The notes under the pieces are model-generated. The model worked only from the letters and a program-made list of their open reading frames with translations, made no database searches and was not told where the DNA came from. Below, one piece after another: positions 1 to 15,000 of a stretch of 64,000 nucleotides of DNA; the first letter of the stretch is position 1; each line of letters begins with the position of its first letter. The DNA lies in contig NC_086108.1 in NCBI RefSeq assembly GCF_963921235.1, forward strand, positions 117,244,001 through 117,308,000. Reading direction: 5' to 3'. The DNA comes from Mobula hypostoma (lineage: Eukaryota). The position numbers and the translations under genes were made by a program.

Positions 1-3000
1 ACACGGTGACAGTGAACCACAGAGTGGACAGGTGGACACGGTGTGAGTGAACCACAGAGTGGACAGGAGGACACGGTGTCAGTGAACCACAGAGTGGACA
101 GGTGGACACGGTGACAGAGAACCACAGAGTGGACAGGTGGACACGGTGTCAGTGAACCACAGAGTGGACAGGTGGACGGGGTGTCAGTGAACCACAGAGT
201 GGACAGGTGGACACGGTGACAGTGAACCACAGAGTGGACAGGTGGACACGGTGTCAGTGAACCACAGAGTGGACAGGTGGACACGGTGTCAGTGAACCAC
301 AGAGTGGACAGGTGGACACGGTGTCAGTGAACCACAGAGTGGACAGGTGGACACGGTGTCAGTGAACCACAGAGTGGACAGGTGGACGGGGTGTCAGTGA
401 ACCACAGAGTGGACAGGTGGACACGGTGACAGTGAACCACAGAGTGGACAGGTGGACACGGTGTGAGTGAACCACAGAGTGGACAGGAGGACACTGTGTC
501 AGTGAACCACAGAGTGGACAGGTGGACACGGTGACAGAGAACCACAGAGTGGACAGGTGGACGGGGTGTCAGTGAACCACAGAGTGGACAGGTGGACACG
601 GTGACAGAGAACCACAGAGTGGACAGGTGGACACGGTGACAGTGAACCACAGAGTGCACAGGTGGACACGGTGTCAGTGAAGCACAGAGTGGACAGGTGG
701 ACACGGTGTCAGTGAACCACAGCGTGGACAGGTGGACGGGGTGTCAGTGAACCACAGAGTGGACAGGTGGACGGGTTGTCAAGAACCACAGAGTGGACAG
801 GTGGACACGGTGTCAGTGAACCACAGAGTGGACAGGTGGACAGGGTGTCAGTGTATCACAGAGTGGACAGGTGGACGGGGGGTCAGTGAACCACAGAGTG
901 GACAGGTGGACACGGTGTCAGTGAACCACAGAGTGGACAGGTGGACGGGCTGTCAGTGAACCACAGAGTGGAGAGGTGGACGGGTTGTCAAGAACCACAG
1001 AGTGGACAGGTGGACGGGGTGTCTGTGAACCACAGAGTGGAAAGGGGGACACGGTGTTATTGAACCACAGAGTGGACAGGTGGACGGGGTATCAGTGAAC
1101 CACAGAGTGGACAGGTGGACACGGTGTCAGTGCACCACAGAGTGAACAGGTGGACACGGTACAGAGTGGACAGGTGGACACGGTGACAGTGAACCACAGA
1201 GTGGACAGGAGGACACGGTGTCAGTGAACCACAGAGTGGACAGGTGGACGGGGTGTCAGTGAACCACAGAGTGGACAGGTGGACGGGGTGTCAGTGAACC
1301 ACAGAGTGGACAGGTGGACGGGATGTCAGTGAACCACAGAGTGAACAGGTGGACACGGTGTCAGTGAACCACAGACTGGACAGGTGGACACGGTGTCAGT
1401 GAACCACAGAGTGGACAGGTGGACGGGGTGTCAGTGAACCACAGAGTGGACAGGTGGACACGGTGTCAGTGAATCACAGAGTGGACAGGTGGACACGGTT
1501 TAAGTGAACCACAGAGTGGACAGGTGGACGGGCTGTCAGTGAACCAAAGAGTGGACAGGTGGACGGGTTGTCAAGAACCACAGAGTGGACAGGTGGACGG
1601 GGTGTCTGTGAACCACAGAGTGGACAGGTGGACACGGTGTTAGTGAACCACAGAGTGGACAGGTGGACACGGTGTTAGTGAACCACAGAGTGGACAGGTG
1701 GACACGGTGTCAGTGCACCAGAGAGTGGACAGGTGGACACAGTATAGAGTGGACAGGTGGACACGGTGACAGTGAACCACAGAGTGGACAGGAGGACACG
1801 GTGTCAGTGAACCACAGAGTGCACAGGTGGACGGGGTGTCAGTGAACCACAGAGTGGACAGGTGGACGGGGTGTCAGTGAACCACAGAGTGGACAGGTGG
1901 TCGGGGTGTCAGTGAACCACAGAGTTGACAGGTGGACACGGTGTCAGTGAACCACAGCGTGGACAGGTGGACACGGTGTCAGTGAACCACAGCGTGGACA
2001 GGTGGACACGGTGTCAGTGAACCACAGAGTGGACAGGTGGACGGGGAGTCAGTGAACCACAAGGTGGACAGGTGGATGGTGTGTCAGTGAACCACAGAGT
2101 GGACAGGTTGAAACAGTGTCAGTGAACCACAGAGTGGACAGGTGGACGGGGAGTCAGTGAACCACAGAGTGGACAGGAGGACGGGGTGACAGTGAACCAC
2201 AGAGTGGACAGCTGGACACGGTGTCAGTGGACCACAGAGTGGACAGGTGGATGGTGTGTCATTGAACCACAGAGTGGAAAGGTGGAAACGGTGTCAGTGA
2301 ACCACAGAGTGGACAGGTGGAAACGGTGTCAGTGAAGCACAGAGTGGACAGGTGGACACGGTGTCAGTGAACCACATAGTGGACAGGTGGACACGGTGTC
2401 AGTGAACCACAGAGTGGACAGGTGGACACGTTGACAGTGAACCACAGAGTAGACAGGTGGACGGGGTGTCAGTGAACCACAGAGTGGACAGGTGGACACG
2501 ATGTCAGTGAACCACAGAGTGGACAGGTGGACGGGGTGTCTGTGAACCACAGAGTGGACAGGTGGACAGGGTGTCAGTGAACCACAGAGTGGACAGGTGG
2601 ACACGGTGTCAGTGAACCACAGAGTGGACAGGTGGACACGGTGTCAATGAACCACAGAGTGGACAGGTGGACACGGTGTCAGTGAACCACAGAGTGGACA
2701 GGTGGACACGGTGTCAGTGAACCACAGAGTGGACAGGTGGACACGGTGTCAGTGAACCACAGAGTGGACAGGTGGACACGGTGTCAGTGAACCACAGAGC
2801 GGACAGGTGGACATGGTGTCAGTGAACCACAGAGTGGACAGGTGGACACGGTGTCAGTGAACCACAGAGTAGACAGGTGGACACGATGTCAGTGAACCAC
2901 AGAGTGGACAGGTGGACGGGGTGTCTGTGAACCACAGAGTGGACAGGTGGACGGGGTGACAGTGAACCACAGAGTGGACAGCTGGACACGGTGTCAGTGA

Positions 3001-6000
3001 ACCACAGAGTGGACAGGTGGACACGGTGACAGTGAACCACAGAGTGCACAGGTGGACACGGTGTCAGTGAACCACAGAGTGAACAGGTGGACACGGTGAC
3101 AGTGAACCACAGAGTGGACAGGTGGACACGGTGTCAGTGAACCACAGAGTGGACAGGTGGACACGGTGTCAGTGAACCACAGAGTGCACAGGTGGACACG
3201 GTGTCAGTGAACCACAGAGTGGACAGGTGGACACGGTGACAGTGAACCACAGAGTGGACAGGTGGACACGGTGTGAGTGAACCACAGAGTGGACAGGAGG
3301 ACACGGTGTCAGTGAACCACAGAGTGGACAGGTGGACACGGTGACAGTGAACCACAGAGTGGACAGGTGGACACGGTGTCAGTGAACCACAGAGTGGACA
3401 GGTGGACGGGGTGTCAGTGAACCACAGAGTGGACAGGTGGACACGGTGACAGTGAACCACAGAGTGGACAGGTGGACACGGTGACAGTGAACCACAGAGT
3501 GGACAGGTGGACACGGTGTGAGTGAACCACAGAGTGGACAGGAGGACACGGTGTCAGTGAACCACAGAGTGGACAGGTGGACACGGTGACAGAGAACCAC
3601 AGAGTGGACAGGTGGACACGGTGTCAGTGAACCACAGAGTGGACAGGTGGACGGGGTGTCAGTGAACCACAGAGTGGACAGGTGGACACGGTGACAGTGA
3701 ACCACAGAGTGGACAGGTGGACACGGTGTCAGTGAACCACAGAGTGGACAGGTGGACACGGTGTCAGTGAACCACAGAGTGGACAGGTGGACACGGTGTC
3801 AGTGAACCACAGAGTGGACAGGTGGACACGGTGTCAGTGAACCACAGAGTGGACAGGTGGACGGGGTGTCAGTGAACCACAGAGTGGACAGGTGGACACG
3901 GTGACAGTGAACCACAGAGTGGACAGGTGGACACGGTGTGAGTGAACCACAGAGTGGACAGGAGGACACGGTGTCAGTGAACCACAGAGTGGACAGGTGG
4001 ACACGGTGACAGAGAACCACAGAGTGGACAGGTGGACGGGGTGTCAGTGAACCACAGAGTGGACAGGTGGACACGGTGACAGAGAACCACAGAGTGGACA
4101 GTTGGACACGGTGACAGTGAACCACAGAGTGCACAGGTGGACACGGTGTCAGTGAACCACAGAGTGGACAGGTGGACACGGTGACAGTGAACCACAGAGT
4201 GGACAGGTGGACGGGGTGTCAGTGAACCACAGAGTGGACAGGTGGACACGGTGACAGTGAACCACAGAGTGGACAAGTGGACGGGTTGTCAGTGAACCAC
4301 AGAGTGGACAGGTGGACGGGGTGTCAGTGAACCACAGAGTGGACAGGTGGACGGGGTGTCAGTGAACCACAGAGTGGACAGGTGGACACGGTGACAGTGA
4401 ACCACAGAGTGGACAAGTGGACGGGTTGTCAGTGAACCACAGAGTGGACAGGTGGACGGGGTGTCAGTGAACCACATAGTGGACAGGTGGACGGGGTGAC
4501 AGTGAACCACAGAGTGGACAGGTGGACGGGGTGACAGTGAACCACAGAGTGGACAGGTGGACGGGGTGTCAGTGAACCACAGAGTGGACAGGTGGACACG
4601 GTGTCAGTGAACCACAGAGTGGACAGGTGGACACGGTGTGAGTGAACCACAGAGTGGACAGGAGGACACGGTGTCAGTGAACCACAGAGTGGACAGGTGG
4701 ACGGGGTGTCAGTGAACCACAGAGTGGACAGGTGGACGGGGTGTCAGTGAACCACAGAGTGGACAGGTGGACACAGTGTCAGTGAACCACAGAGTGGACA
4801 GGTGGACGGGGTGAAAGTTAACCACAGAGTGGACAGGTGGACACGGTGTTAGTGAACCACAGAGTGGACAGGTGGATGGGTTGACAGTGAATCACAGAGT
4901 GGACAGGTGGACGGGGTGTCAGTGAACCACAGAGCGGACAGGGCGACACGGTCTCAGTGAACCACAGAGTGGACAGGTGGACGGGGTGTCAGTGAACCAC
5001 AGAGTGGACAGGTGGACACGGTGTCAGTGAACCACAGAGTGGACAGGTGGACGGGGTGTCAGTGAACCACAGAGTGGACAGTTGGACACGGTGTCAGTGA
5101 ATCACAGAGTGGACAGGTGGACACGGTGTCAGTGAACCACAGAGTGGACAGGTGGATACGGTGTCTGTGAACCACAGAGTGGACAGGTGGATGGTGTGTC
5201 AGTGAACCACAGAGTGGACAGGTGGATGGGCTGTCAGTGATCCACAGAGTGGACAGGTGCACACGGTGTCAGTGAACCACAAAATGGACAGGTGGACACG
5301 GTGTCAGTGAACCACAGCGTGGACAGGTGGACGGGGTGTCAGTGTATCACAGAGTGGACAGGTGGACGGGGTGTCAGTGAACCACAGAGTGGACAGGTGG
5401 ACGGGTTGTCAAGAACCACAGAGTGGACAGGTGGACACGGTGTCAGTGCACCAGAGAGTGGACAGGTGGACACGGTGTTTGTGAACCACAGAGTGGACAG
5501 GTGGACACGGTGTCAGTGAACCACAGAGTGGACAGGTGGACATGGTGACAGTGAACCACAGAGTGGACAGGCGGACGGGGTGACAGTGAACCACAGAGTG
5601 GACAGGTGGACTCGGTGTCAGTGAACCACAGAGTGGACAGGTGGACGGGGTGTCAGTGAACCACAGAGTGGACAGGTGGACACGGTGTCAGTGAACCACA
5701 GAGTGGACAGGTGGACACGGTGACAGTGAACCACAGAGTGGACAGGTGGACACGGTGTCAGTGAACCACAGAGTGGACAGGTGGACACGGTGTCAGTGAA
5801 CCACAGAGTGGACAGGTGGACACGGTGTCAGTGAACCAAAGAGTGGACAGGTGGACACGGTGTCAGTGAACCACAGCGTGGACAGGTGGACGGGGTGTCA
5901 GTGAACCACAGAGTGGACAGGTGGACGGGTTGTCAAGAACCACAGAGTGGACAGGTGGACACGGTGTCAGTGAACCACAGAGTGGACAGGTGGACAGGGT

Positions 6001-9000
6001 GTCAGTGTATCACAGAGTGGACAGGTGGACGGGGGGTCAGTGAACCACAGAGTGGACAGGTGGACACGGTGTCAGTGAACCACAGAGTGGACAGGTGGAC
6101 GGGCTGTCAGTGAACCACAGAGTGGAGAGGTGGACGGGTTGTCAAGAACCACAGAGTGGACAGGTGGACGGGGTGTCTGTGAACGACAGAGTGGAAAGGT
6201 GGAGACGGTGTTATTGAACCACAGAGTGGACAGGTGGACGGGGTATCAGTGAACCACAGAGTGGACAGGTGGACACGGTGTCAGTGCACCACAGAGTGGA
6301 CAGGTGGACACGGTACAGAGTGGACAGGTGGACACGGTGACAGTGAACCACAGAGTGGACAGGAGGACACGGTGTCAGTGAACCACAGAGTGGACAGGTG
6401 GACGGGGTGTCAGTGAACCACAGAGTGGACAGGTGGACGGGGTGTCAGTGAACCACAGAGTGGACAGGTGGACGGGGTGTCAGTGAACCACAGAGTGAAC
6501 AGGTGGACACGGTGTCAGTGAACCACAGACTGGACAGGTGGACACGGTGTCAGTGAACCACAGAGTGGACAGGTGGACGGGGTGTCAGTGAACCACAGAG
6601 TGGATAGGTGGACACGGTGTCAGTGAATCACAGAGTGGACAGGTGGACACGGTTTAAGTGAACCACAGAGTGGACAGGTGGACGGGCTGTCAGTGAACCA
6701 AAGAGTGGACAGGTGGACGGGTTGTCAAGAACCACAGAGTGGACAGGTGGACGGGGTGTCTGTGAACCACAGAGTGGACAGGTGGACACGGTGTTAGTGA
6801 ACCACAGAGTGGACAGGTGGACGGGGTGTCAGTGAACCACAGAGTGGACAGGTGGACACGGTGTCAGTGCACCAGAGAGTGGACAGGTGGACACGGTATA
6901 GAGTGGACAGGTGGACACGGTGACAGTGAACCACAGAGTGGACAGGAGGACACGGTGTCAGTGAACCACAGAGTGCACAGGTGGACGGGGTGTCAGTGAA
7001 CCACAGAGTGGACAGGTGGTCGGGGTGTCAGTGAACCACAGAGTGGACAGGTGGACACGGTGTCAGTGAACCACAGCGTGGACAGGTGGACACGGTGTCA
7101 GTGAACCACAGAGTGGACAGGTGGACACGGTGTCAGTGAACCACAGCGTGGACAGGTGGACACGGTGTCAGTGAACCACAGAGTGGACAGGTGGACGGGG
7201 AGTCAGTGAACCACAGAGTGGACAGGTGGATGGTGTGTCAGTGAACCACAGAGTCGACAGGTTGAAACGGTGTCAGTGAACCACAAAGTGGACAGGTGGA
7301 CGGGGTGACAGTGAACCACAGAGTGGACAGCTGGACACGGTGTCAGTGAACCACAGAGTGGACAGGTGGACGGGGAGTCAGTGGACCACAGAGTGGACAG
7401 GTGGATGGTGTGTCATTGAACCACAGAGTGGACAGGTGGACACGGTGTCAGTGAACCACAGAGTGGACAGGTGGACACGGTGTCAGTGAACCACATAGTG
7501 GACAGGTGGACACGGTGTCAGTGAACCACAGAGTGGACAGGTGGACACGTTGACAGTGAACCACAGAGTAGACAGGTGGACGGGGTGTCAGTGAACCACA
7601 GAGTGGACAGGCGGACGGGGTGACAGTGAACCACAGAGTGGACAGGTGGACACGGTGACAGTGAACCACAGAGTGGACAGGTGGACACGGTGACAGTGAA
7701 CCACAGAGTGCACAGGTGGACACGGTGTGAGTGAACCACAGAGTGGACAGGAGGACACGGTGTCAGTGAACCAAAGAGTGGACAGGTGGACCGGGTGTCA
7801 GTGAACCACAGAGTGGACAGGTGGACGGGGTGTCTGTGAACCACAGAGTGGACAGGTGGACGGGGTGTCAGTGAACCACAGAGTGGACAGGTGGACGGGG
7901 TGAAAGTTAACCACAGAGTGGACAGGTGGACACGGTGTTAGTGAACCACAGAGTGGACAGGTGGATGGGTTGACAGTGAATCACAGAGTGGACAGGTGGA
8001 CGGGGTGTCAGTGAACCACAGAGCGGACAGGTGGACGGGGTGTGAGTGAACCACAGAGTGGACAGGTGGGCACGGTGTGAGTGAACCACAGAGTGGACAG
8101 GTGGACACGGTGTCAGTGAACCACAGAGTGGACAGGTGGACGGGGTGTCAATGAACCACAGAGTGGACAGGTGGACGGGCTGTCACTGAACCACAGAGTG
8201 GACAGGTGGACACGGTGTCAGTGAACCACAGAGTGGACAGGTGGACGGGGTGTCAGTGAACCACAGAGTGGACAGCTGGATGGGGTGTCAGTGAACCACA
8301 GAGTGAACAGGTGGACACGGTGTCAGTGAACCACAGAGTGGACAGGTGGACACGGTGACAGAGAACCACAGAGTGGACAGGTGGACATGGTGTCAGTGAA
8401 CCACAGAGTGGACAGGTGGACACGGTGACAGAGAACCACAGAGTGGACAGGTGGACACGGTGTCAGTGAACCACAGAGTGGACAGTTGGACACGGTGTCA
8501 GTGAATCACAGAGTGGACAGGTGGACACGGTGTCAGTGAACCACAGAGTGGACAGGTGGACACGGTGTCAGTGAACCACAGAGTGGACAGGTGGATGGTG
8601 TGTCAGTGAACCACAGAGTGGACAGGTGGATGGGCTGTCAGTGATCCACAGAGTGGACAGGTGGACACGGTGTCAGTGAACCACAAAATGGACAGGTGGA
8701 CACGGTGTCAGTGAACCACAGCGTGGACAGGTGGACGGGGTGTCAGTGTATCACAGAGTGGACAGGTGGACGGGGTGTCAGTGAACCACAGAGTGGACAG
8801 GTGGACGGGGTGTCAGTGAACCACAGAGTGGACAGGTGGACGGGTTGTCAAGAACCACAGAGTGGACAGGTGGACACGGTGTCAGTGCACCAGAGAGTGG
8901 ACAGGTGGACACGGTGTTTGTGAACCACAGAGTGGACAGGTGGACACGGTGTCAGTGAACCACAGAGAGGACAGGTGGACGGGGTGTCAGTGAACCACAG

Positions 9001-12000
9001 AGTGGACAGGTGGACGGCGTGTCAGTGAACCACAGAGTGGACAGGTGGACACGGTGTCAGTGAACCACAGAGTGGACAGGCGGACGGGGTGACAGTGAAC
9101 CACAGAGTGGACAGGTGGACACGGTGTCAGTGAACCACAGAGTGGACAGGTGGACGGGGTGTCAGTGAACCACAGAGTGGACAGGTGGACACGGTGTCAG
9201 TGAACCACAGAGTGGACAGGTGGACGGGGTGTCAGTGAACCACAGAGTGGACAGGTGGACACGGTGTCAGTGAACCACAGAGTGGACAGGTGGACACGGT
9301 GTCAGTGAACCACAGCGTGGACAGGTGGACGGGGTGTCAGTGTATGACAGAGTGGACAGGTGGACGGGGTGTCAGTGAACCACAGAGTGGACAGGTGGAC
9401 ACGGTGTCAGTGAACCACAGAGTGGACAGGTGGACACGGTGTCAGTGAACCACAGAGTGGACAGGTGGACACGGTGTCAGTGAACCACAGAGTGGACAGG
9501 TGGACGGGGTGTCAGTGAACCACAGAGTGGACAGGTGGACACGGTGTCAGTGAACCACAGAGTGGACAGGTGGACACGGCGTCAGTGAACCACAGAGTGG
9601 ACAGGTGGACACGGTGTCAGTGAACCACAGAGTGGACAGGTGGACACGGCGTCAGTGAACCACAGAGTGGACAGGTGGACGGGGTGTCAGTGAACCACAG
9701 AGTGGACAGGTGGACGGGGTGTCAGTGAACCACAGAGTAGACAGGTGGACGGGGTGTCAGTGAACCACAGAGTGGACAGGTGGACGGGGTGTCAGTGAAC
9801 CACAGAGTAGACAGGTGGACGGGGTGTCAGTGAACCATAGAGTGGACAGGTGGACACGGCGTCAGTGAACCACAGAGTGGACAGGTGGACACGGTGTCAG
9901 TGAACCACAGAGTGGACAGGTGGACACGGTGTCAGTGAACCACAGAGTGGACAGGTGGACGGGGTGTCAGTGAACCACAGAGTGGACAGGTGGACACGGT
10001 GTCAGTGAACCACAGAGTGGACAGGTGGACACGGCGTCAGTGAACCACAGAGTGGACAGGTGGACAGGGCGTCAGTGAACCACAGAGTGGACAGGTGGAC
10101 AGGGTGTCAGTGAACCATAGAGTGGACAGGTGGACACGGCGTCAGTGAACCACAGAGTGGACAGGTGGACGGGGTGTCTGTGAACCACAGAGTGGACAGG
10201 TGGACACGGTGACAGTGAACCACAGAGTGGACAAGTGGACGGGTTGTCAGTGAACCACAGAGTGGACAGGTGGACACGGTGTCAGTGAACCACAGAGTGG
10301 ACAGGTGGACACGGCGTCAGTGAACCACAGAGTGGACAGGTGGACAGGGTGTCAGTGAACCATAGAGTGGACAGGTGGACACGGCGTCAGTGAACCACAG
10401 AGTGGACAGGTGGACACGGTGTCAGTGAACCACAGAGTGGACAGGTGGACACAGTGTCAGTGAACTACAGAGTGGACAGGAGGACACGGTGTCAGTGAAC
10501 CACAGAGTGGACAGGTGGACGGGGTGTCAGTGAACCACAGAGTGGACAGGTGGACACAGTGTCAGTGAACTACAGAGTGGACAGGAGGACACGGTGTCAG
10601 TGAACCACAGAGTGGACAGGTGGACACAGTGTCAGTGAACCACAGAGTGGACAGGTGGACACGGTGTCAGTGAACCACAGAGTGGACAGGTGGACACAGT
10701 GTCAGTGAACCACAGAGTGGACAGGTGGACACAGTGTCAGTGAACCACAGAGTGGACAGGTGGACACAGTGTCAGTGAACCACAGAGTGGACAGGTGGAC
10801 GGGGTGTCAGTGAACCACAGAGTGGATAGGTGGGCACGGTGTCAGTGAACCACAGAGTGGACAGGTGGACACTGTGTCAGTGAACCACAGAGTGGACAGG
10901 TGGACGGTGTGTCAATGAACCACAGAGTGGACAGGTGGACGGGCTGTCACTAAACCACAGAGTGGACAGGTGGACACGGTGTCAGTGAACCACAGAGTGG
11001 ACAGGTGGACGGGGTGTCAGTGAACCACAGAGTGGACAGGTGGACACGGTGTCAGTGAACCACAGAGTGAACAGGTGGACACGGTGTCAGTGAACCACAG
11101 AGTGGACAGGTGGACACGGTGTCAGTGAATCACAGAGTGGACAGGTGGACGGGGTGTCAGTGAACCACAGAGTGGACAGGCGGACACGGTGTCAGTGAAC
11201 CACAGAGTGGACAGGTGGACACGGTGTCAGTGAACCACAGAGTGGACAGGTGGATGGTGTGTCAGTGAACCACAGAGTGGACAGGTGGACGGGCTGTCAG
11301 TGATCCACAGAGTGGACAGGTGGACACGGTGTCAGTGAACCACAGAGTGGACAGGTGGACACGGTGTCAGTGAACCACAGCGTGGACAGGTGGACGGGGT
11401 GTCAGTGTATCATAGAGTGGACAGGTGGACGGGGTGAAAGTTAACCACAGAGTGGACAGGTGGACACGGTGTCAGTGAACCACAGAGTGGACAGCTGGAC
11501 ACGGTTTAAGTGAACCACAGAGTGGAGAGGTGGACGGGGTGTCAGTGAACCACAGAGTGGACAGGTGGACACGGCGTCAGTGAACCACAGAGTGGACAGG
11601 TGGACACGGTGACAGTGAACCACAGAGTGCACAGGTGGACACGGTGTGAGTGAACCACAGAGTGGACAGGAGGACACGGTGTCAGTGAACCAAAGAGTGG
11701 ACAGGTGGACCGGGTGTCAGTGAACCACAGAGTGGACAGGTGGACGGGGTGTCTGTGAACCACAGAGTGGACAGGTGGACGGGGTGTCAGTGAACCACAG
11801 AGTGGACAGGTGGACGGGGTGAAAGTTAACCACAGAGTGGACAGGTGGACACGGTGTTAGTGAACCACAGCGTGGACAGGTGGATGGGTTGACAGTGAAT
11901 CACAGAGTGGACAGGTGGACGGGGTGTCAGTGAACCACAGAGCGGACAGGTGGACGGGGTGTGAGTGAACCACAGAGTGGACAGGTGGGCACGGTGTGAG

Positions 12001-15000
12001 TGAACCACAGAGTGGACAGGTGGACACGGTGTCAGTGAACCACAGAGTGGACAGGTGGACGGGGTGTCAATGAACCACAGAGTGGACAGGTGGACGGGCT
12101 GTCACTGAACCACAGAGTGGACAGGTGGACACGGTGTCAGTGAACCACAGAGTGGACAGGTGGACGGGGTGTCAGTGAACCACAGAGTGGACAGCTGGAT
12201 GGGGTGTCAGTGAACCACAGAGTGAACAGGTGGACACGGTGTCAGTGAACCACAGAGTGGACAGGTGGACACGGTGACAGAGAACCACAGAGTGGACAGG
12301 TGGACATGGTGTCAGTGAACCACAGAGTGGACAGGTGGACACGGTGACAGAGAACCACAGAGTGGACAGGTGGACACGGTGTCAGTGAACCACAGAGTGG
12401 ACAGTTGGACACGGTGTCAGTGAATCACAGAGTGGACAGGTGGACACGGTGTCAGTGAACCACAGAGTGGACAGGTGGACACGGTGTCAGTGAACCACAG
12501 AGTGGACAGGTGGATGGTGTGTCAGTGAACCACAGAGTGGACAGGTGGATGGGCTGTCAGTGATCCACAGAGTGGACAGGTGGACACGGTGTCAGTGAAC
12601 CACAAAATGGACAGGTGGACACGGTGTCAGTGAACCACAGCGTGGACAGGTGGACGGGGTGTCAGTGTATCACAGAGTGGACAGGTGGACGGGGTGTCAG
12701 TGAACCACAGAGTGGACAGGTGGACGGGGTGTCAGTGAACCACAGAGTGGACAGGTGGACGGGTTGTCAAGAACCACAGAGTGGACAGGTGGACACGGTG
12801 TCAGTGCACCAGAGAGTGGACAGGTGGACACGGTGTTTGTGAACCACAGAGTGGACAGGTGGACACGGTGTCAGTGAACCACAGAGAGGACAGGTGGACG
12901 GGGTGTCAGTGAACCACAGAGTGGACAGGTGGACGGCGTGTCAGTGAACCACAGAGTGGACAGGTGGACACGGTGTCAGTGAACCACAGAGTGGACAGGC
13001 GGACGGGGTGACAGTGAACCACAGAGTGGACAGGTGGACACGGTGTCAGTGAACCACAGAGTGGACAGGTGGACGGGGTGTCAGTGAACCACAGAGTGGA
13101 CAGGTGGACACGGTGTCAGTGAACCACAGAGTGGACAGGTGGACGGGGTGTCAGTGAACCACAGAGTGGACAGGTGGACACGGTGTCAGTGAACCACAGA
13201 GTGGACAGGTGGACGGGGTGTCAGTGAACCACAGAGTGGACAGGTGGACACGGTGTCAGTGAACCACAGAGTGGACAGGTGGACACGGTGTCAGTGAACC
13301 ACAGCGTGGACAGGTGGACGGGGTGTCAGTGTATGACAGAGTGGACAGGTGGACGGGGTGTCAGTGAACCACAGAGTGGACAGGTGGACACGGTTTAAGT
13401 GAACCACAGAGTGGACAGGTGGACACGGTGTCAGTGAACCACAGAGTGGACAGGTGGACACGGTGTCAGTGAACCACAGAGTGGACAGGTGGACGGGGTG
13501 TCAGTGAACCACAGAGTGGACAGGTGGACACGGTGTCAGTGAACCACAGAGTGGACAGGTGGACACGGCGTCAGTGAACCACAGAGTGGACAGGTGGACA
13601 GGGTGTCAGTGAACCATAGAGTGGACAGGTGGACACGGCGTCAGTGAACCACAGAGTGGACAGGTGGACACGGTGTCAGTGAACCACAGAGTGGACAGGT
13701 GGACACGGTGTCAGTGAACCACAGAGTGGACAGGTGGACGGGGTGTCAGTGAACCACAGAGTGGACAGGTGGACACGGTGTCAGTGAACCACAGAGTGGA
13801 CAGGTGGACACGGCGTCAGTGAACCACAGAGTGGACAGGTGGACAGGGCGTCAGTGAACCACAGAGTGGACAGGTGGACAGGGTGTCAGTGAACCATAGA
13901 GTGGACAGGTGGACACGGCGTCAGTGAACCACAGAGTGGACAGGTGGACGGGGTGTCTGTGAACCACAGAGTGGACAGGTGGACACGGTGACAGTGAACC
14001 ACAGAGTGGACAAGTGGACGGGTTGTCAGTGAACCACAGAGTGGACAGGTGGACACGGTGTCAGTGAACCACAGAGTGGACAGGTGGACACGGCGTCAGT
14101 GAACCACAGAGTGGACAGGTGGACAGGGTGTCAGTGAACCATAGAGTGGACAGGTGGACACGGCGTCAGTGAACCACAGAGTGGACAGGTGGACACGGTG
14201 TCAGTGAACCACAGAGTGGACAGGTGGACACAGTGTCAGTGAACTACAGAGTGGACAGGAGGACACGGTGTCAGTGAACCACAGAGTGGACAGGTGGACG
14301 GGGTGTCAGTGAACCACAGAGTGGACAGGTGGACACAGTGTCAGTGAACCACAGAGTGGACAGGTGGACACGGCGTCAGTGAACCACAGAGTGGACAGGT
14401 GGACAGGGTGTCAGTGAACCATAGAGTGGACAGGTGGACACGGCGTCAGTGAACCACAGAGTGGACAGGTGGACACAGTGTCAGTGAACCACAGAGTGGA
14501 CAGGTGGACACAGTGTCAGTGAACCACAGAGTGGACAGGTGGACACAGTGTCAGTGAACCACAGAGTGGACAGGTGGACACAGTGTCAGTGAACCACAGA
14601 GTGGACAGGTGGACACGGTGTCAGTGAACCACAGAGTGGACAGGTGGACACAGTGTCAGTGAACCACAGAGTGGACAGGTGGACACAGTGTCAGTGAACC
14701 ACAGAGTGGACAGGTGGACACAGTGTCAGTGAACCACAGAGTGGACAGGTGGACGGGGTGTCAGTGAACCACAGAGTGGACAGGTGGGCACGGTGTCAGT
14801 GAACCACAGAGTGGACAGGTGGACACTGTGTCAGTGAACCACAGAGTGGACAGGTGGACGGTGTGTCAATGAACCACAGAGTGGACAGGTGGACGGGCTG
14901 TCACTAAACCACAGAGTGGACAGGTGGACACGGTGTCAGTGAACCACAGAGTGGACAGGTGGACGGGGTGTCAGTGAACCACAGAGTGGACAGGTGGACA

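Noticed and set aside
324..12842. Many Cys/His-rich ORFs (CPLCGS…HCH) resembling zinc-finger or metallothionein proteins
   Set aside because: They are translations of the 35-bp satellite, with GTG/TTG starts and stops recurring with the repeat period. The CxxC is explained by the Tx1 zinc-finger origin of the monomer.
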